Positions 48,179 through 56,643 of a stretch of 64,000 bases of DNA are shown one piece after another. Position 1 is the first letter of the stretch. Each line of letters starts with the position of its first letter. The stretch lies in contig CACWTN010000007.1 of NCBI GenBank assembly GCA_902763805.1, positions 59,315-123,314 on the forward strand, given 5' to 3'. Source of the stretch: an uncultured bacterium. Its GTDB lineage: Bacteria > Cyanobacteriota > Vampirovibrionia > Gastranaerophilales > Gastranaerophilaceae. A program made the position numbers and the translations under genes. The notes under the pieces were generated by a model. It was not told the origin of the DNA. It ran no database searches and was given only the letters and a program-made list of their open reading frames with translations.

Positions 48179-49618
48179 ATGGTCAAAAACATAAAAAAAG
48201 AAATTCAGATAAAGAGCCGTGCAAGAATGAAAAACCACGGCGAAGTCTGCACTGCATCAAAAGAAGTTGAAGCAATGCTTGAGCTTGTAAAAGATGAGTT
48301 TAATGTTCCAGACAAACTTTTTCTTGAACCTGCTTGCGGCGACGGGAATTTTCTCACTGCAATTTTGAAAAGAAAACTCGCCAATATTCCGAAAAATGAC
48401 ACTGCAAACATTATTTCTGCTCTGGAAAGTATATATGGAGCGGATTTATTAAAGGATAATACAGAAACCGCAAGAAAAAGATTATACGAAATTGCACTGG
48501 CTCACTGTTCAGAAACACCTTCTGATAACTTCAGAAACGATGCTGACAGAATTCTCAAAAAAAATATCATACAGGGTGATTTCCTCAGCGGCAGACTTTT
48601 TGAAAATATAAAATTTAACGTTATAGCCGGCAACCCACCTTATCAAATAATTGACGGAGGCGGAACTGGTGACAGCGCAAAACCTGTTTATCAGCGTTTT
48701 ATTCAGAAAGCTAAAGAATTAAATCCTGATTACATTACTATGATTGTACCTTCACGCTGGATGAAGGGTGGAAAAGGACTCAGATATTTCAGGCAGGAAA
48801 TGATTAATGACACAAGGTTAAAAATTATTCACGATTTTGAAAACGGTCAAATATGTTTTCCAGATTTACACATAGACGGGGGTATATGTTATTTTCTGTG
48901 GGATAAAATGTATAACGGCCCCGCAGAATATCACCACTACGCTCTCGACGGGACAAAAAGCGTTACAAGCAGATTTCTCAAAAACAATTTTTCCGACACG
49001 GTTATAAGAGATTACAGGCAAATCTCAATTATAGAGAAAGTCGCAAAACTTAAAGAAAATAAATTTTCGTCCGTTGTTTATTCAAGAAATCCTTACGGAT
49101 TTTATGCAAATTTATTCAGCTTTCCCGAATACTATCCTGACATAGAACTCAGCAAAGAACCTAAAGATAATTATTATAAAATTTACGGTGTAACAGGGAA
49201 AAAAGGACTTGCAAAAAGAACATTCGGCTACTTACCTGCGTCTGCCGTTAAAAAAAATCAAACAGAAGCTGTGAGTTACAAACTGTTTTTTTCAAAAGCT
49301 TATACAATAACTTCAACCATACCGCCCAAAATTATTCTTGCAAAACCAAAAGAAGTCTGTACGGAAACTTTTTTACAGATAGGGAATTTTTCTACGGAAA
49401 AAGAAGCTCAAAACTGTCTGAGCTATATTAAAACAAGATTTTTCAGAGCATTACTGTTTTTCAACAGACATTCACTGAATATTTCAAAAAAATCCTTCAA
49501 TCTTATTCCGCTTCAGGATTTTTCCGATGAATGGAACGACGAAAAATTGTATGAAAAATACTGTTTGGAACAGAAAGAAATAGACTTTATAAATTATGTA
49601 ATTAAACCGATGACGTAA
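48179..49618 (+). CDS. Gamma-class N6-adenine DNA methyltransferase (Eco57I-methylase-like domain)
   Basis: 'GEVCT' N-terminal block. Motif I 'FLEPACGDGNFL'. Motif IV 'VIAGNPPYQ' followed by 'SAKPVYQRFIQKA' and 'IVPSRWMKGG'. A C-terminal region of about 300 aa would serve target recognition. An alternative start exists at 48227. Confidence 0.8.
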   Translation: MVKNIKKEIQIKSRARMKNHGEVCTASKEVEAMLELVKDEFNVPDKLFLEPACGDGNFLTAILKRKLANIPKNDTANIISALESIYGADLLKDNTETARKRLYEIALAHCSETPSDNFRNDADRILKKNIIQGDFLSGRLFENIKFNVIAGNPPYQIIDGGGTGDSAKPVYQRFIQKAKELNPDYITMIVPSRWMKGGKGLRYFRQEMINDTRLKIIHDFENGQICFPDLHIDGGICYFLWDKMYNGPAEYHHYALDGTKSVTSRFLKNNFSDTVIRDYRQISIIEKVAKLKENKFSSVVYSRNPYGFYANLFSFPEYYPDIELSKEPKDNYYKIYGVTGKKGLAKRTFGYLPASAVKKNQTEAVSYKLFFSKAYTITSTIPPKIILAKPKEVCTETFLQIGNFSTEKEAQNCLSYIKTRFFRALLFFNRHSLNISKKSFNLIPLQDFSDEWNDEKLYEKYCLEQKEIDFINYVIKPMT

Positions 49619-49644
49619 ACAACTTTACGCACAATTCAATTTTT

Positions 49645-49653
49645 TGGTATAAT
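49645..49653 (+). promoter_or_regulatory. Extended -10 promoter element upstream of the gltD-like gene
   Basis: TGGTATAAT lies 37 nt before the GTG start. A GAAGGAG RBS is at 49676-49682. Confidence 0.4.
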
Positions 49654-49689
49654 CATAGGTGGAATTAATAATTAAGAAGGAGATATACC

Positions 49690-51057
49690 GTGCGTCAAAG
49701 ACCGGAAGAACAAGACAGATATGAACGTCGTCATAATTTTGATGCCGTTGAAGATAATTTTACACCTGAACAGGCAAAAGCAGAAGCATCAAGGTGTCTG
49801 AATTGCAAAAACCCGAGATGTGTACAGGGCTGCCCCGTTAACATTCGTATTCCGGATTTTATAAAAGCATTAAAAGAAGATAAACTTGATGAAGCAGGCG
49901 ATATTATCCGTCAGACAAGCATGCTTCCTTCCGTTTGCGGCAGAGTTTGTCCTCAGGAAAGACAATGCGAAGGTAAATGCGTACTGGGCTTAAAAGGTGA
50001 AGCCGTTGCAATAGGCGCGCTTGAGAGATTTGTAGGTGATAACACCAATGCCGCAGAACCTGAAATCAAACCTTCCGGCCAAAAAGTTGCTGTTATCGGC
50101 TCCGGCTGTGCAGGGATTACCGCCGCAGCAGATTTAAGAAAAGCCGGACATGACGTAACCGTTTTTGAAGCATTACACAAATTCGGCGGTGTTTTAAGAT
50201 ATGGTATTCCGCCTTTCAGACTTCCGAGAAAAGTTCTGGACAGAGAACTTGATTCTCTTAAAAAAATGGGGGTTAAATTTGAAAAAAACGTTGTTGTCGG
50301 AAAATCTGTTACACTTCAGCAGCTTAAAGATGACGGCTTTGATGCAATATTTATCTGCTCGGGAGCAGGACTTCCAAAAATGCTGAATATTCCGGGTGAA
50401 AACCTAAACGGAGTTTTTTCCGCAAACGAATTTCTGACCCGTGTAAATTTAATGCAGGCTAATGATGATTCAACCGCAACTCCGCTTAAAACAGGAAAAT
50501 CCGCTGCCGTAATAGGAGGAGGAAATGTTGCGATGGATGCAGCAAGAACAGCCGTAAGGGTAGGATATGAAAAAGTTTACATAATTTACAGAAGAACAGA
50601 AAAAGAACTCCCTGCAAGACTTGAAGAAATCAGGCATGCAAAAGAAGAAGGTGTTCAGTTTATGTTCCTGAGAGCTCCAAAACAAATTTACAACAAAGAC
50701 GGTTGGGTAAACGGCATGCAGTTTGAAGTTATGGAGCTTGGCGAACCTGACGAATCAGGAAGAAGAGCACCTATCGGAACAAACACTTTTGTTGACATTG
50801 ATGTTGATACCGTAATTGTTGCTCTCGGAACCGGGCCGAATCCGATAATACAAAAATCTGCTGCCTCTGACGGTATAGAATTTGAAACAGACAGAAAAGG
50901 CTATTTTACTGTTGACTCAGAAACAAGAGAAACTTCTGTTCCGCATATATACGCAGGCGGAGATGTTGCTCCGGTCGGAGAATCAAACGCCATAAATGCA
51001 ATGGGCGCCGGAAAAAAAGCAGCAAAAGCAATTAATGAATATCTTGAAAAAATTTAA
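49690..51057 (+). CDS. NADPH-dependent glutamate synthase small-subunit-like oxidoreductase (GltD/NfnB/SudA family)
   Basis: GTG start. N-terminal Fe-S Cys clusters ('CLNCKNPRCVQGCP', 'CGRVCPQERQCEGKC'). Two dinucleotide folds ('VAVIGSGCAGITAA', 'AAVIGGGNVAMDAA'). 'GGDV' near the C-terminus. Confidence 0.85.
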   Translation: MRQRPEEQDRYERRHNFDAVEDNFTPEQAKAEASRCLNCKNPRCVQGCPVNIRIPDFIKALKEDKLDEAGDIIRQTSMLPSVCGRVCPQERQCEGKCVLGLKGEAVAIGALERFVGDNTNAAEPEIKPSGQKVAVIGSGCAGITAAADLRKAGHDVTVFEALHKFGGVLRYGIPPFRLPRKVLDRELDSLKKMGVKFEKNVVVGKSVTLQQLKDDGFDAIFICSGAGLPKMLNIPGENLNGVFSANEFLTRVNLMQANDDSTATPLKTGKSAAVIGGGNVAMDAARTAVRVGYEKVYIIYRRTEKELPARLEEIRHAKEEGVQFMFLRAPKQIYNKDGWVNGMQFEVMELGEPDESGRRAPIGTNTFVDIDVDTVIVALGTGPNPIIQKSAASDGIEFETDRKGYFTVDSETRETSVPHIYAGGDVAPVGESNAINAMGAGKKAAKAINEYLEKI

Positions 51058-51091
51058 TAACGGTTCACGTATATTAACTAGCTTAAAAATG

Positions 51092-51120
51092 TTTACAAAG
51101 CTTTTAATCCGTGATATTAT
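51092..51120 (+). promoter_or_regulatory. Candidate sigma70-type promoter of pilT
   Basis: TTTACA-N17-TATTAT with TG at the extended -10 position, about 40 nt upstream of the ATG. Confidence 0.45.
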
Positions 51121-51159
51121 TTTTTTTAGAAGAAAGCAATTTTAAGAGGGCTAATTATA

Positions 51160-52230
51160 ATGCTTATTGAAAAATATTTGGAAGTAGTCGTAAAACAAAG
51201 AGGTTCAGACCTTCATATTTCGGCAGGTTTACCGCCTGTTGTTCGTATTGACGGTAATCTGCAGAGAATGGATGTACCGGCACTTAAACCTGAAGAAGTA
51301 GAACTGCTTTTGTTCCCGATGTTAAACAAGGAACAAAGACGTAAACTTGAACAAGACTGGGAGCTTGACTTCTCATACGGTGTTCAGGGTTTGAGCCGTT
51401 TCCGTGTAAACATCTATAAAGACAGAGGAAACTATGCGGCAGCTTTCCGTGTAATTACATCAAAAATACCTACTTTTAAAGAACTGGGTTTGTCCGAAAC
51501 CGTCAGAAAGATATCTGAAAAGCCAAGAGGACTTGTTTTGGTTACAGGACCTACAGGTTCAGGTAAATCAACAACGCTGGCTGCGATGATTAACCACATC
51601 AACGAAACACGTTCGGAACATATTCTGACAATCGAGGACCCTATCGAATTTATTCACCCGTCAAAACGTTCAATTATTCACCAGCGTGAATTGGGACAAG
51701 ATACAAGAAGCTTTGCTAACGCTCTTAAATCAGCATTACGTGAAGACCCTGATATCATTCTGGTAGGTGAGATGCGTGACCTTGATACAATTAGACTTGC
51801 TCTGACAGCTGCAGAAACAGGTCACTTGGTATTCGGTACTCTGCACACCTCATCAGCTTCTCAAACAATTGACCGTATTATTGACGTATTCCCTGAAGGA
51901 CAACAGCAGCAGGTCAGAGTACAGTTATCAAACTCTTTGGTAGCCGTATTCTCTCAAACACTTCTTCCGCTGCTTCAGCCGGATGGAACAAAACAGGGTC
52001 GTGTCATGGCTCAGGAAGTTATGCTTGTTATTCCTGCAATCGCTAACCTTATCCGTGAAGCAAAAGCTGCACAGATTTATTCTACTATGCAGACTAACCT
52101 CGGTTTTGGTATGCAGACTCTGGAAATGGCTTTGAGAGATTTATATCTGAACAAAAAGGTAACATTAGAGGATGCTCTTTCACGTTCAAGCCGTCCGGAA
52201 GAATTCAAAAGAGGATTACAAAATACTTAA
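51160..52230 (+). CDS. pilT: Type IV pilus retraction ATPase PilT
   Basis: Walker A 'GPTGSGKSTT', Walker B 'ILVGEMRD', His box 'GHLVFGTLHT' and the PilT-specific 'AIANLIREAK' (AIRNLIRE motif). Confidence 0.9.
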   Translation: MLIEKYLEVVVKQRGSDLHISAGLPPVVRIDGNLQRMDVPALKPEEVELLLFPMLNKEQRRKLEQDWELDFSYGVQGLSRFRVNIYKDRGNYAAAFRVITSKIPTFKELGLSETVRKISEKPRGLVLVTGPTGSGKSTTLAAMINHINETRSEHILTIEDPIEFIHPSKRSIIHQRELGQDTRSFANALKSALREDPDIILVGEMRDLDTIRLALTAAETGHLVFGTLHTSSASQTIDRIIDVFPEGQQQQVRVQLSNSLVAVFSQTLLPLLQPDGTKQGRVMAQEVMLVIPAIANLIREAKAAQIYSTMQTNLGFGMQTLEMALRDLYLNKKVTLEDALSRSSRPEEFKRGLQNT

Positions 52231-52244
52231 TTTTGATTTTATAC

Positions 52245-52281
52245 AAAAAAGCCGCTTGTTTATTAAACAGGCGGCTTTTTT
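52245..52281 (+). terminator. Rho-independent terminator after pilT
   Basis: AAAAAAGCCGCTTGTTT-atta-AAACAGGCGGCTTTTTT. The stem has one G-U pair and is followed by a T-run. Confidence 0.85.
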
Positions 52282-52373
52282 GATGCACACTCTATCATTT
52301 TACCTGCTTTTGTGGTATGCTTTAACTTGTATAAGTATTAATAACTAATAATAAAATCAGAGAGGATAGAGAG

Positions 52374-53699
52374 ATGGAATTTATTCACGCATTTGTTGCG
52401 GCGCATAATGTGCTGATTTCAGCAGGTTTGCTGATTTTAGCTTACATTTTTATCGCAACGGAAAAAATACCGAAAGTAACTATCGCACTTTTAGGTGCAG
52501 GTATTACTATATTATTGGGACTTGTAAGCCAAACAAAAATGGTTGACGAAGTTCTTGACCCGCATTATTTCATTAATTTTGTTGATTTTAACGTAATATT
52601 CCTTCTTGTTTCAATGATGATTATCGTTAATATTTCAACAAGAAGCGGTGTGTTTACATGGATAGCAAATGAACTTTTGAGAGCTACAAAAGGACACCCG
52701 ATAAAAATTCTTATCGCATTGGGCTTATTTACAGCACTAACCAGTGCATTTTTGGATAACGTAACGACGGTTATTCTTGTTCTCCCGATAACTTTTGCAA
52801 TCGCAAGAAAGCTGGAAATAGATCCGCTGCCTTATTTGTTAACAGAGATTTTTTCATCAAACATAGGCGGCACGGCAACGTTAATCGGTGACCCGCCGAA
52901 TATTATTATCGGAAGCGCGGCAGGGTTTTCATTCATGGACTTTATATGGAACCTAACACTTCCGATTGCAGTTATAATGGTAATCGTTCTTGTATTACTG
53001 ACACTGCTGTTCAAAAAACATTTACACGCAGATGCCGATAAAATGGCAGAAGTTGCAAACCTTGATAACTCAAAAACCATTACGGATAAAAATCTGATGT
53101 TCCGTTCTATGTTAGTTTTGGGGCTGGTAATACTGGGTTTTGTAACCCACGACATTACTCACATTCAGACTTGTATAGCAGCCATGCTCGGTGCAAGCGT
53201 TCTTCTATTGTTTGAAAAACCGTCAGATATATTAAGAGATGTTGAATGGAACACAATTTTCTTCTTCATCGGTTTATTCATAATAATCGGCGGTGTTGAA
53301 GCCTCCGGCGGCATAAGGCTTATGGCAGAATGGATATTAAAAGTTACACAAGGCTCGCAGGAAGCTGCTTCAATGCTGATTTTGTGGGCATCAGGAATTA
53401 TCTCGGGTGTAATCGATAATATTCCGTATACGGCAACAATGGCTCCAATGCTTGGAGTTATTGAAAAATCAATGGGCGCTCAGTACACTTTCCCGTTGTG
53501 GTGGTGTCTGTCACTTGGTGCTTGCTTAGGCGGAAACCTCACAATTATCGGCGCAGCAGCGAACGTCATTGTATCCGAAAACTCGGCTGCAGAAGGCCAC
53601 CCGATAACATTTATGAGATTTTTAAAATACGGTATTGCTGTCGTTGTAATATCATTAGCAGTTTCTACCGTATACATTAAATGCATGTATCTCGGATAA
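52374..53699 (+). CDS. ArsB/NhaD-superfamily (citrate-transporter-like) anion permease
   Basis: 441 aa with about 12 helices. 'LDNVTTVIL' and 'IDNIPYTATMAP' are the duplicated blocks typical of the ArsB/NhaD (CitMHS-like) fold. Confidence 0.6.
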   Translation: MEFIHAFVAAHNVLISAGLLILAYIFIATEKIPKVTIALLGAGITILLGLVSQTKMVDEVLDPHYFINFVDFNVIFLLVSMMIIVNISTRSGVFTWIANELLRATKGHPIKILIALGLFTALTSAFLDNVTTVILVLPITFAIARKLEIDPLPYLLTEIFSSNIGGTATLIGDPPNIIIGSAAGFSFMDFIWNLTLPIAVIMVIVLVLLTLLFKKHLHADADKMAEVANLDNSKTITDKNLMFRSMLVLGLVILGFVTHDITHIQTCIAAMLGASVLLLFEKPSDILRDVEWNTIFFFIGLFIIIGGVEASGGIRLMAEWILKVTQGSQEAASMLILWASGIISGVIDNIPYTATMAPMLGVIEKSMGAQYTFPLWWCLSLGACLGGNLTIIGAAANVIVSENSAAEGHPITFMRFLKYGIAVVVISLAVSTVYIKCMYLG

Positions 53700-53714
53700 A
53701 TATAATCTAAAAAA

Positions 53715-53756
53715 AAATAAAGCGTCATGGTTTAACCGCCATGACGCTTTATTTTT
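53715..53756 (+). terminator. Rho-independent terminator after the permease gene
   Basis: Stem AGCGTCATGG / CCATGACGCT (10 bp) flanked by an A-run and a T-run. Confidence 0.85.
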
Positions 53757-53831
53757 ATTATCCTCTGTTTGGTTGATGTCTGATAACTAAAAATCCTCTA
53801 TTATATGTATGGAATATAGTAGGGATGAGGC

Positions 53832-54926
53832 ATGATAGACTCAATATTCTTTGACGAACTGTATAAACAATTTGACTGGTATGATGCACTGTTCACGCCG
53901 GTAGTAAAAGAGTGCAGCAAACAATTCTTTTTTGACGGATTTGAATACAAGCTTGCATCTATAAGCACAAACATGAATATACTTGCGCAAAATGATACAT
54001 TTTTCGTTACGAAAGTCAAAATTAACTCAAAAAATGATGTATATATAAGAATTTCACAGGATGCAATAAACGTAATTCTGGATAAAGTATTAGGAAAAAA
54101 CAACAGAAAGTTTGAACTTACTGAAGTATCAGAACTTGAAGCAAGGATTATAACGGCATTTAATGATTTTCTTTATGACTCACTAAAGGATAATTTTAAT
54201 GTTGAACCGCACAGAAGGTATAACGAAATTATCCACCTTACATATTTTGTAAAAAGTGAATCATCAGACTCGGCAGCAAAATTCATTATATCTCTGCCGA
54301 AAGATATTTTGACACCGGAAACAAAAGATACAAGTACACAACACTTTACTGATGCAGATTTTGCAGACTGCATGGTGGAAGCCAGCTTTCAGGTCGGAAC
54401 AACATCTTTCCCGGTTGCCGATATTAAACGGCTGGAACCCGGAGATGTTGTTGTGTTTGAACAGAGCAATTCTTCAGAAATGACATTAATTGCTGCTGAT
54501 ATAAGACAAAAATTTAAACTTACACCAAACTCAAAAATAGTAGAACCCTATAGTGCCGTAAACAGCAACGGGGGGATGGAGGATAGCATGGATAATTCTA
54601 ACTTATGGGACAGCATACAGGTTGATATGTCAGCCGAATTTGATAAAGTAAAAGTTCCGCTTGGAGAACTCAAAAGCATTGAAGAAGGTTTAATCGTAGA
54701 TTTATGCTCTGTTTACGACAACAAAGTTTCACTAAAAGTCGGCGGCAAAACGGTTGCATCAGGAGAACTTGTAATTATTAATGACCGTTTCGGAGTAAGA
54801 ATAGAACGTGTATCCGAATCAAACCCGGCAAGCAGTTACGGCGGACATAGTGAACCTGAACACTCCGAACAGGAAAAAGGCGAAGACTTTGACTACAGCG
54901 ATTTTGAAGTTGAAGAAGAAAAATAA
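53832..54926 (+). CDS. Flagellar motor-switch protein, FliM-like N-terminal half fused to two FliN/SpoA-type domains
   Basis: 'FELTEVSELEARIITAF' is a FliM-like block. Two SpoA-like segments are present: 'SFPVADIKRLEPGDVVVF' and 'VPLGELKSIEEGLIVDL...GGKTVASGELVIINDRFGVRIERV'. The C-terminal tail is acidic. Confidence 0.65.
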   Translation: MIDSIFFDELYKQFDWYDALFTPVVKECSKQFFFDGFEYKLASISTNMNILAQNDTFFVTKVKINSKNDVYIRISQDAINVILDKVLGKNNRKFELTEVSELEARIITAFNDFLYDSLKDNFNVEPHRRYNEIIHLTYFVKSESSDSAAKFIISLPKDILTPETKDTSTQHFTDADFADCMVEASFQVGTTSFPVADIKRLEPGDVVVFEQSNSSEMTLIAADIRQKFKLTPNSKIVEPYSAVNSNGGMEDSMDNSNLWDSIQVDMSAEFDKVKVPLGELKSIEEGLIVDLCSVYDNKVSLKVGGKTVASGELVIINDRFGVRIERVSESNPASSYGGHSEPEHSEQEKGEDFDYSDFEVEEEK

Positions 54927-54992
54927 ACTTGATTTTTTAACCAAAACAATTAAAAAAGTATAAATAAGTTTTTAAATTAAGAGGATAGAAAA

Positions 54993-55442
54993 ATGGGATA
55001 TATTACAAACTTTATCGTTTACACGCTTGCCATGGTCGGTGTAATTGTCGTAGCACTTTTGGTATTCAAAAACGCAACGTCAATCGGAAGCTGCAAAGGT
55101 TCAAAATATCTTAAAATAATTGATTCAATATCTCTGGGACAAAGAAAAAATCTGTTTATTGTTTCAACGGGTAAAGAACAATTCCTTATTGCAGGCGACG
55201 TAAACAATACTTGTTTAATCTCAAAAATTGAAAACATCAATCCCATAAACAACAGCGAAATTAAAATAAATGACATATACAAAGATGTTAAACCGGCGGC
55301 AACATCTTTTCAGGAAACACTGAACAGCCTGCCGAAACAAAGTTTTATGGATAAATCAAATATCGGAATAAAATCAAGCGCTTTGAGTTCAAAGTCTAAT
55401 AATTCCGTAATGAAAAACCTGGCAGATATTTTAAAACAGTAA
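54993..55442 (+). CDS. fliO: Flagellar biosynthesis protein FliO
   Basis: Single N-terminal TM, then 'LKIIDSISLGQRKNLFIVSTGKEQFLIAGDV'. Lies immediately upstream of fliP. Confidence 0.65.
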   Translation: MGYITNFIVYTLAMVGVIVVALLVFKNATSIGSCKGSKYLKIIDSISLGQRKNLFIVSTGKEQFLIAGDVNNTCLISKIENINPINNSEIKINDIYKDVKPAATSFQETLNSLPKQSFMDKSNIGIKSSALSSKSNNSVMKNLADILKQ

Positions 55443-55476
55443 GCATCTGCCAAACAATTAAACAAAAGGACAAATA

Positions 55477-56115
55477 ATGGATACAGCTTTACAAAATATG
55501 AATCCCGTACTGCAATTACTCACGGTAATGACGTTATTTTCACTACTGCCGTTTGTATTTTGCTGTATGACCAGTTTTTTGAGATTTACGATAGTGTTTT
55601 CTCTGTTAAAAACAGCAATGGGCGTGCAGGTTCCGCCTGCAATGGTTACTATCGGCTTATGTATGATTTTAACATTTTATACAATGGGCGGAGTTTTTCA
55701 GCAGTGCTACGAACAGGGCTCAATACCGTACCAAAAAAACCAGAATATGATTATGGCTGTTGACGCAGGTTCAAAGCCGTTAAAAGAGTTTATGCTCAAA
55801 CAAACCAGAGAAAACGACTTGGCATTTTTTATCAACTTAAAATACAAAACTCCGCCAAAATCACCTGATGTACTTACAATATGGGAAGTTGCACCTGCAT
55901 TTATATTGAGCGAACTGAAAACAGCTTTTGAAATCGGGTTTGTCGTTTTCGTTCCGTTTATTGTACTTGATTTGGTAGTAGCAAATATTTTGTTGGCACT
56001 TGGTATGTTTATGTTATCGCCGACAATTATTTCACTGCCGTTCAAATTACTTATATTTATTGCGGTTGATGGCTGGGCTCTAATTGTTCAGGGACTTGTA
56101 CAAAGTTATAACTAA
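55477..56115 (+). CDS. fliP: Flagellar type III export gate protein FliP
   Basis: 'MTSFLRFTIVFSLLKTAMGVQVPPAMV', 'LTFYTMGGVF', 'APAFILSELKTAFEIGF' and 'VVANILLALGMFMLSP' are collinear with FliP/SctR. Confidence 0.9.
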   Translation: MDTALQNMNPVLQLLTVMTLFSLLPFVFCCMTSFLRFTIVFSLLKTAMGVQVPPAMVTIGLCMILTFYTMGGVFQQCYEQGSIPYQKNQNMIMAVDAGSKPLKEFMLKQTRENDLAFFINLKYKTPPKSPDVLTIWEVAPAFILSELKTAFEIGFVVFVPFIVLDLVVANILLALGMFMLSPTIISLPFKLLIFIAVDGWALIVQGLVQSYN

Positions 56116-56131
56116 AAGGACTTAATAAAAA

Positions 56132-56626
56132 ATGATAGAAGCATTAACAGAATATATGGCAAAAGGTTTCATGACAATGTTATCAATATCTATGCCCTGC
56201 GTATTAACCGCAGCGGCAATTGGTTTGGTTGTCGGTATCATACAGGCTGTAACACAGGTTCAGGAACAAACAATTGCCGCCGCTCCGAAAATTTTTATGG
56301 TATTTCTTGTTATTATTATTGGCGGACTTGGTTTTATAAAACTGCTTACGAATCTGTTTCTCGACGGTGCAAACCTTGCTTTTAACGCAGTGCCGAAACA
56401 AGACAATTATGTTCTGCCTGCCGACTATTATAAATATACAACTCCGTTTGAAAAAGAAATGCAGGGAGATAAGTTTAAAGATGTTCCAACAGTTAAAGAA
56501 ATAATGAAAAATCCGACAAAAGTTCCGTATATTGACAAAGGACAAAAGATTAAATATGATACAGCGCCGAAAGCTCCGATGCCAAAAGGAAATTTTGTTG
56601 AAATTAACAAAATGCTGGGAAGATAG
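56132..56626 (+). CDS. fliQ: Flagellar export gate protein FliQ with an approximately 79-aa C-terminal extension
   Basis: The first ~85 aa ('LLSISMPCVLTAAAIGLVVGIIQAVTQVQEQTIAAAPKI...') match FliQ/SctS. An in-frame Lys/Pro-rich tail follows, reaching 164 aa. Confidence 0.8.
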   Translation: MIEALTEYMAKGFMTMLSISMPCVLTAAAIGLVVGIIQAVTQVQEQTIAAAPKIFMVFLVIIIGGLGFIKLLTNLFLDGANLAFNAVPKQDNYVLPADYYKYTTPFEKEMQGDKFKDVPTVKEIMKNPTKVPYIDKGQKIKYDTAPKAPMPKGNFVEINKMLGR

Positions 56627-56643
56627 TGAGGTGAGTATTATTT

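Noticed and set aside
53778-53786. Sigma-28 (FliA) promoter upstream of the fliM/N gene, suggested by 'GTCTGATAA' resembling the -10 GCCGATAA.
   Set aside because: No TAAA-type -35 element sits at the required spacing of about 15 nt, and the match to the -10 is imperfect.
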